A stretch of DNA of 59,845 bases, filler included. It is 5 parts of 5 records of this genome, joined end to end, with 100 filler letters (N's around TTAATTAATTAA, not from the genome) between each part and the next. Parts side by side here need not be neighbours in the genome. Positions count along the whole stretch, not along the records: positions 52,949 to 59,845 come from SRR2962707_1074; 4 more parts are not named here. One strand, given 5' to 3'. The number at the start of each line of letters is the position of its first letter. Within the stretch, counting starts at the first letter, position 1. Made by a program: the position numbers and the translations under genes. Shown piece by piece: positions 53,530 to 59,845 of the stretch. The notes under the pieces are model-generated. The model was not told where the DNA came from, did no database searches, and saw only the letters and a program-made list of their open reading frames with translations.

Positions 53530-56106
53530 ATGTCGCTTAACTCCGTGTCGGCGAGGAAGAAGCAGCACTCTGCGCACAACTCGCCACGGAGTGTTAAGAA
53601 AACCAACTCGGGAGCAGCCGCAACACCTTCTGGGGGAAGCAAACTCGAGCCAAATGTCGGAGATGTTGAGGCTGTGAATGCTGCCATAGCAGCGTCTTCT
53701 GTCACCGACGGCGACGATAGCCCTGCAAAAGAGCTGTTTCCGCCCGAGTTTGGCAGCGTGGAAGGCCCCAAGTCACCGTCGTACCAAGAGAAACTGGAGG
53801 CTCGAATAACGAACCCAGTTCGATTCCGCCCAAAGTCGGCTCGGCAAAAGCTTACAGTCCAACCTGCGGACGATCGCAGTACGCATCGTGTTACAATCAA
53901 AGCTCGCCCACGGCTGCAGCAGGGCGAGCAAGGTGCGGCAGAAGCTACCGTAGGCCAAGAAGTTGTCAATGACAAGGGGCAAGTTTCGTTTCTTTCGTCG
54001 ATGGCGTTGAGAATCAAATCACTGGAGGCTGCAAATCGCAGTCTTCGTGTTGCAGTGGTCGGGAAGGAAAAACAGTGCCTCCAACTGCAGCACGAGCTCC
54101 ACGAGGCTCGCCGCGAAGACCAAGCGGCGGCGATGGCCAGCATGCAAGAGGAAATACACGACCTGTGCGAGGATAATGATCGGCTCGCGGACGAGAATGA
54201 GGCTTTGCGAGCCGAAGTCCGAGAGTTCCATGCGTTCCTACAAGACCATGGGCTGCAATGGTGCGGTGGCGCCAGCGACAGGAACGCCCGCGCGGAAGCT
54301 GGCGAGAATGAGGAAACGGTTGTGGGGTCTGAAGGCTCGGGTCTCACGGGGCCGCCAACACCAGGAATACCAGACAAACGCAGGTCTGCAAAGAACGTGG
54401 ACTTTGATGCACTATTCGTGGCGTTGGCAAAGTTGAATCAAGTTGCTGCAGAAGACAACGAGCGGAAAGTTACAGTTGTTGGTAAAACGGCAGTGTTCGC
54501 ACCGGAAAAACCGGTACAGCTGACCTTTTATGCTGATGGGTTTGTTGTTGGGGAAGACGAGGCGGACCAGGTTTGTGGTTTTAAGGTTGCATACATACCG
54601 TCGCCATCGTCAATGGGATACAACTTTAATTTACTAATATTTTGTTTGTTGATGTGTGCGTGAAGAATGCTTTCCGCAGCTTTACAGACTCGCCTGCGGC
54701 TCACGAATTCATTCGGGATGTGCTCGACGGCTTCTTTCCGTGGGAATTCAATGAGAGTCATCCAGAAGGGGTCCAATTTTCTTGGAAAGACTTCCGCTCG
54801 CGCCGTTGTCCGTTCTCGTCCAAGGGATATTCATTGTTGGACAGTGAGCCAGTCAGTGACGCAGACCCAGCAATTTCCCTCCCTGAACGCAGTGATCCGG
54901 GTGCTACGACCCCGCAGCGAAAACAGCAATCGCTGGCGCAGCTTGGTGGGCCCGTGCTGCGTGTGACACAAACGGCGCAGGCGACCGATGGAATCCCACA
55001 GTCCCCTATGAGCGCTGTTCAAAGTGCATTAGATAAGGTCGGTTGCATAAAGAAAGAAAAACTGAAGTTTGACTTCTTGCACGCTCTTGTGAACAAACAC
55101 CGTTCCGTTCCGTCGTGCGTTGCTCATAAACGGTTTCTTTGTCCAGATCCCCAAGCACGACGCTCGTGTAGCCGAAATCAGGAATCAAATCGCCAACGAA
55201 CTGCTGGCACGGAAGCAAAGCAGCCCTGCTGCAAAGCGACAACAGCGCCACGGACATGACTTTGTTGTCGTGACGACGAAGCTGGTTGAGCAACTGAGCA
55301 AGAGCGATGCTCCGAGCAGCCCCGCAGAGGCAGACAAGAAAGGCAAAACAGCTACTCTGCAAGTACGCACTCTGGACGGAAAGCAGACCCTCATATTGAA
55401 GATGTGGGCTTCGGACACTGTCTCGGATGTGCACGCTGCACTAACCCGACATCTTTGTTCTCCGAACGGAAGTCCGACTTCTCGGGCTGACTCGGCCGTG
55501 AACGGCTTCAATCTTCACTCTCAGTATCCACGCCGGATTCTGACTGTAGAGGCTGATGGAGAAGCGACTCTTAAGGAAATTGGGCTCACTCCGAAGGCAA
55601 CTTTGCGGATGGTTCGCGATCCTGCAGCAGCGGCTGCATTTGCTGCCGCACAGGAAAGACGAGAGCAACAACAAGAACACGAAGCAGCCTCCGAAGCACA
55701 GAAGGATAAAACGATTGCGCTCAGTGGCACGGCCGCAAAAAATGCAAGCGATGGAGATTGTGATGAACCCGCTGTCCAGCAGCGTTCGCAGTACACAGCT
55801 GGGCACACAATTACCGCATCACCTGGTGTTAAGGGGTCATCTGCAGCATCAGCGGACACGGCGACACGTTCATCTATCTCTACATCCACTGATGCTGCTG
55901 TAGTGCGCAGTGTCCATGCAGCTGTCGCAGCGCACGTATCCTCAGACAGCATCGGAGCCGAGGGGGCTGTCTTGAAAGCTCACACATTAGATGTTGGTAC
56001 AGTGGGAACAGATGCAGGGACGAGCACTGACCCCAACCTTCCACGCGGAAGCGCAATCAATGCAGCACGTGGCAGGCCAGATAAGGGCAAAGAAGTTGCA
56101 CCTTAG
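53530..56106 (+). CDS. UBXN11-like p97/Cdc48 adaptor (coiled coil, SEP, UBX), 3 exons, ~790 aa
   Basis: Exons 53530-54570, 54666-55037 and 55147-56106. FLQDHGLQWCG; SEP-like LTFYADGF...FIRDVLDGFFPWEF; UBX-like TLQVRTLDG...SQYPRR...TLKEIGLTPKATL. Confidence 0.82.
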
Positions 56107-56179
56107 TTGGCTGCTTCGTTTTTAGCCTTTTCAGAAATTCAAAATAATTTATTCGCCATCATTCTTGTTGAACTTGGCT

Positions 56180-59100
56180 TCACTTGCAGTGCTTTCGCCG
56201 GAAATCGCGAATAATTTTTTCATTTTCTTCCAACTTTCTTTGCGTGGCCAACCTTTCGCGTTCCTTGCGAATCTTGTGAAAGTCTGGCTTGAGGATCAGG
56301 CGTTTCCGCTCCGCCTCCGCAGCAGCTTCTTGTGCATCCAGTACAGCATCGGCTGCGTGGGCAGCAGATTTGTGCCGAACCGAACCTTGCAAACTCTCAG
56401 CACGGCGCTGCATGCGCTTTTCGTGGCGAAACTTCTCAAGACGTCCACCCGGATATTTCGTGATTTCAGGAGGTGAAAAGATGAAATTTGGAGCCTGCCA
56501 GTGAGAATGCCGCATCTCCAGTGGTAAGGTGTCAACGTTAGACAACTGGCGCAAGCGACGCCGCATTCCAAACTGCGACGTGCGGCGAACTGTGCTTGAT
56601 GGAGCCATTCCGCCAGTTCCAGCGATCGTCATGGTCCGACTGAAGCGCGCAACAGCTGTTGCAGGGCGCGAATCAGGTTCAGTTTTTGATGTGTCCGTGC
56701 GAAGGATACCCTTTGTCTGGTACGAGGTAGGTTCGCCGCGCGGACTCTGGGAGGCTTCACTGGCATCGTCATCGTCGCCGTCACCATTTCCGTGAGCATG
56801 CACCGGGAGCAAAGCGGAAGCTGTGCCACTGAACGGATTTTTCTTAAGCTCATCTTCCAATTCTAAGATAATACTTGAATAATCCTCGGGGCGGTCGTCC
56901 CACGTGTCTTCCTGCTGGCAGTCGGCACCAGCTGAGAGCAAGAACTTCAGTGCTTCTTTTTGACCGAAAAACCTGGGTCAGAATAAGCAAAAATGCATGC
57001 ATTGTAACAGCATCGAAATACTTTCGACATTCTGCGGAAAAACATGCGAAAACTTGTGTCAAACATGCACGGCAGCTGCGACACTTACACTCCGATGTGC
57101 AGGGGGGTCCAGCTATGCAGATGTGGGTGTTGGTAATTGACATCTGCGTTCTGGCGGACGAGACGTGCCATCAATGGGACATTCCCGACTTTCGTTGCTT
57201 CCAACAGCTGCAGGCTGGCATCCTCGTGCGAGGTGCGTGGGTGATCAATTCGTCGTTGATAGCCCTCCCGATACCTGGAAATTATCATAACCGCTGTGCG
57301 TCACTCCAATTGACCCATACGACTCGCACAACGTAATACGCGTGAAAGTGCTCACTCACCGAGCCAAAGTGTCGTGCTGACTTCCATCATCGTCGTCGTG
57401 GTGATACGCCTGACTCCCAACGCCTGAAAAAATGTCGTGCAGCTGCTGTGCTGTCTTGGCTTCAAGAATGAGCCTGTAGACGTTGGCTTTGATCAAGCAC
57501 TCTGCCACAAAAGGGGCGTACACAAGTTGAACTTCAGCCACCATTCTCACATCTTTTGCTGCAATGCGAGAGTGTTGGATCCACTCAAGTGCCTGGCAGC
57601 GCCGAAAACGCAAAATCGAATCAGTCAAACACGCCAGCAGAGCACAACAATTCTCCTGCAACACCGAATGTGCAAACAAAGAGTGCAACGCACCACGCGG
57701 GCATGGGTCCGCTCTTCTTTGTCGACAGAGTCGATGTAGTTATCGAGAAACTTGCGCACGTTGGAGTTACTCTTGACCATCTGCCCAAAAGTCGTCTTGG
57801 GTTCATAAACAATGTGAACAGTGACAGCCCGAAAGCCGAACTCTGAACGTGAATCATACCAGTCTGCGTATCCATTCGTTACGTGAAGGATTTGAAAGTG
57901 GCTTTGCATCTGTGCGAAACCATCCAACAGTTGCGCGGCATCAATATAATTCACCAAACACCGGAGACAATCAACGTTATGCGCCGGCCGGGGACGCTTC
58001 TGGGCTGCATGACGGGTCGTGATGTTCGAAACCATTTTCGCGACGGTTTTCGGTGCGGCGGCAACATACTTGCAGCCTGGCACACGGTCCGTCAGGGCCA
58101 AGCTTACAGTCTTGTGAAACGATTTGTCAAGCGCTCGAGCAATTAGATGAAGTATGTGCGCATATGCATGTTCGGTGACAAAAGCACATGATGTTGATGG
58201 TAGCAATTCGACGTCATCAGCACTGCCCTTGAGGGCCACCCCTCCGGTGGCAGACGTCGCGACAGCTCGAATGCTATTTGGCATGCGATCCTGGCGAAGA
58301 ATAAGATCTGCTGGATGTTGCAATTTTCGGGCAACTTTGCTGCTTTTTTTGAGGTTGCCCATGCGGTATGAGGGGACGAGACCTGGGTACACATGACTTA
58401 AAACCCAGTCACTAATGGGTTTGGTGATGCTCCCTAACTTCTCTGTGGCGTGAATGGATTCCATCTTTTGGTACACAGAGGCAAGGGTCACTGTCGCCTT
58501 GTAATGGAGTGTCCCCGGGGTCTTCGCGTTGTCAAATCGATGATACAGATAGTCAAGATTTCTTGTCGCTTCGTTTCCAGTTTCGGGATCTGCACCGTGA
58601 CCGAGGCGTCCTCCGCGGCCTGGTGGCGTCGTCAATCCTAGATGCACTGGCTTTTTGTGCCGTCCCGACCGGAGGCCTTGGTTTTCCATCATGCGTCGAT
58701 GGAATTCCATGACATCACGCCTCGAAAATATCATCCCAAGAGCATTGTTCACACCAGTAACGTCGATGTCGGTTAGCGTTGCACTCAGAATCGTGTGAGC
58801 TGCAACGAGAGCGTTCATGACCGGCAGCTCTCGTTTGCTTTTGCCTGAACCAGCAGCTGCTTCGTTGCCGGGATCTTCACTTTCGAAATCTGCGCCAATC
58901 CCCCCCTCCCCATCAAGTCCACCCCCATTGCCTGCTCCGACGTTGGTCAGTGGCCCAGAGGGCTTTTCGTGCTTAAAGTCTTCAAGGTAAAACTTGACGT
59001 CGCAACCAGCTTCAACAAGAGCACGGGCCATCTTTGGGTCTCCCTTTTCCAGTGCAAATGCCAACGCTTTTGCCACAGACTCGGGGCTAGCGATTCGCAT

Positions 59101-59845
59101 TTCTTGCAGTTCACTAATGCTCGCGCCGTCAAGAAACGCGTGATTGAGTGCGACGCGCCCTTGCCTATCCGTCCATTCACCCGCGACTGGGTTGCGAGAC
59201 AGCAGTGCAATGCTGTCGGCCCACTGACCCGCATGAAGCATTGGAAACAGCACAATGCCCTCGGAGACGGGGTATGCCTTGGCAAGTTGAGCGAGCAGAG
59301 ATTCCGGGGCGTTGTATCTCACGGCATAGTCAATGGGGATCATATCGAAATAATCCTTTTGCATTGGCCCCTCAACTTTCGATCTCAATAGTTGACGCAC
59401 ACTGTCCCAATCTTTCATTGCCGCTGCTGCAACACACTCTCCATACGTGGCTGTCCACAATGCCAATAACTCTGGAAATAAAGACAGAACACGCAGTGGA
59501 GGAAATGACAACTGAATCCGATGAGCCTCCAGCCGTTGCAACAAAATGTCGATCGGCAGCTTTCCCGCGTTGTCGCGCACAGTCGCAACGCCGCTGTGCC
59601 CCGCAAGGTTCAACAGCATTTCGATTTTGGTTCCTTCGCCCACTTTATACTCTTCGCAAGCGATGTGGAGCGGTGTGGAGCCGTGGATGTGCTCTTGCAC
59701 AACGGCAGCTTCTGGATAGCTCGCTAATACGAGTTCAGCAAAATCCAGAGGGGCATCAGTAGCTTTCATCAACCAGTGCAAAGGTGTGTTGCCGTTCGGG
59801 TCGATCTCTGTAGACACGGCACTCGTGTTGCGACGAAATGTCTTC
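56180..59845 (-). CDS. Ankyrin-repeat protein with a central RelA/SpoT-synthetase-like nucleotidyltransferase domain (5' truncated, >1120 aa)
   Basis: Exons from the window edge to 57694, then 57592-57360, 57274-57089 and 56972-56180; all three GT-AG introns keep frame. Ankyrin motifs GNTPLHWL, GSTPLHIAC, GKLPID and spliced WTPLHIGV|FFGQKEALKFLLSAGAD. Central motifs APKT..KM, NVDCLRC, GFRAVTVH and spliced AEVQL. Confidence 0.72.

Noticed and set aside
53403-54377. 324-aa minus-strand ORF, and the 199-aa plus-strand ORF at 25904-26503
   Set aside because: Both are antisense to well-supported exons (UBXN11-like and RalGAP-like) and have no motifs of their own.

Overview
This window is not one locus. 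It is five unrelated contigs joined by artificial 100-nt spacers (N44-TTAATTAATTAA-N44) at 13961-14060, 26714-26813, 42550-42649 and 52849-52948. (1) 1-13960 is a GC-rich gammaproteobacterial housekeeping region, Alcanivorax/Pseudomonas-like in gene order: gatCAB divergent from mreBCD-maf-yhdP-nitrilase-tldD, then a cNMP-binding protein and a CynX-type MFS. The rng gene normally found between maf and yhdP is absent. (2) 14061-26713 is eukaryotic (protist) DNA with a giant 4-exon gene (~3800 aa) resembling RalGAP-alpha, whose GAP domain looks degenerate. (3) 26814-42549 is alphaproteobacterial (Rhizobiales-like): nirK divergent from pseudoazurin with two FNR/NnrR boxes, an ltnD-otnI-otnK tetronate cluster lacking otnC, and a sugar ABC importer with a GH151/GHL6-type glycosidase. 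(4) 42650-52848 is a protist contig with an EDRF1-like gene (4 exons) convergent with a multi-exon gene carrying an HSSFLAG...SGHYKP (IQM-core-like) domain. (5) 52949-59845 is a protist contig with a UBXN11-like gene convergent with an intron-containing gene in which ankyrin repeats flank a RelA/SpoT-synthetase-like nucleotidyltransferase domain. That last gene is the best candidate for an undescribed system. Family assignments come from motif recognition from memory; no database searches were run. Exon boundaries were inferred by hand from GT-AG sites that preserve the reading frame.
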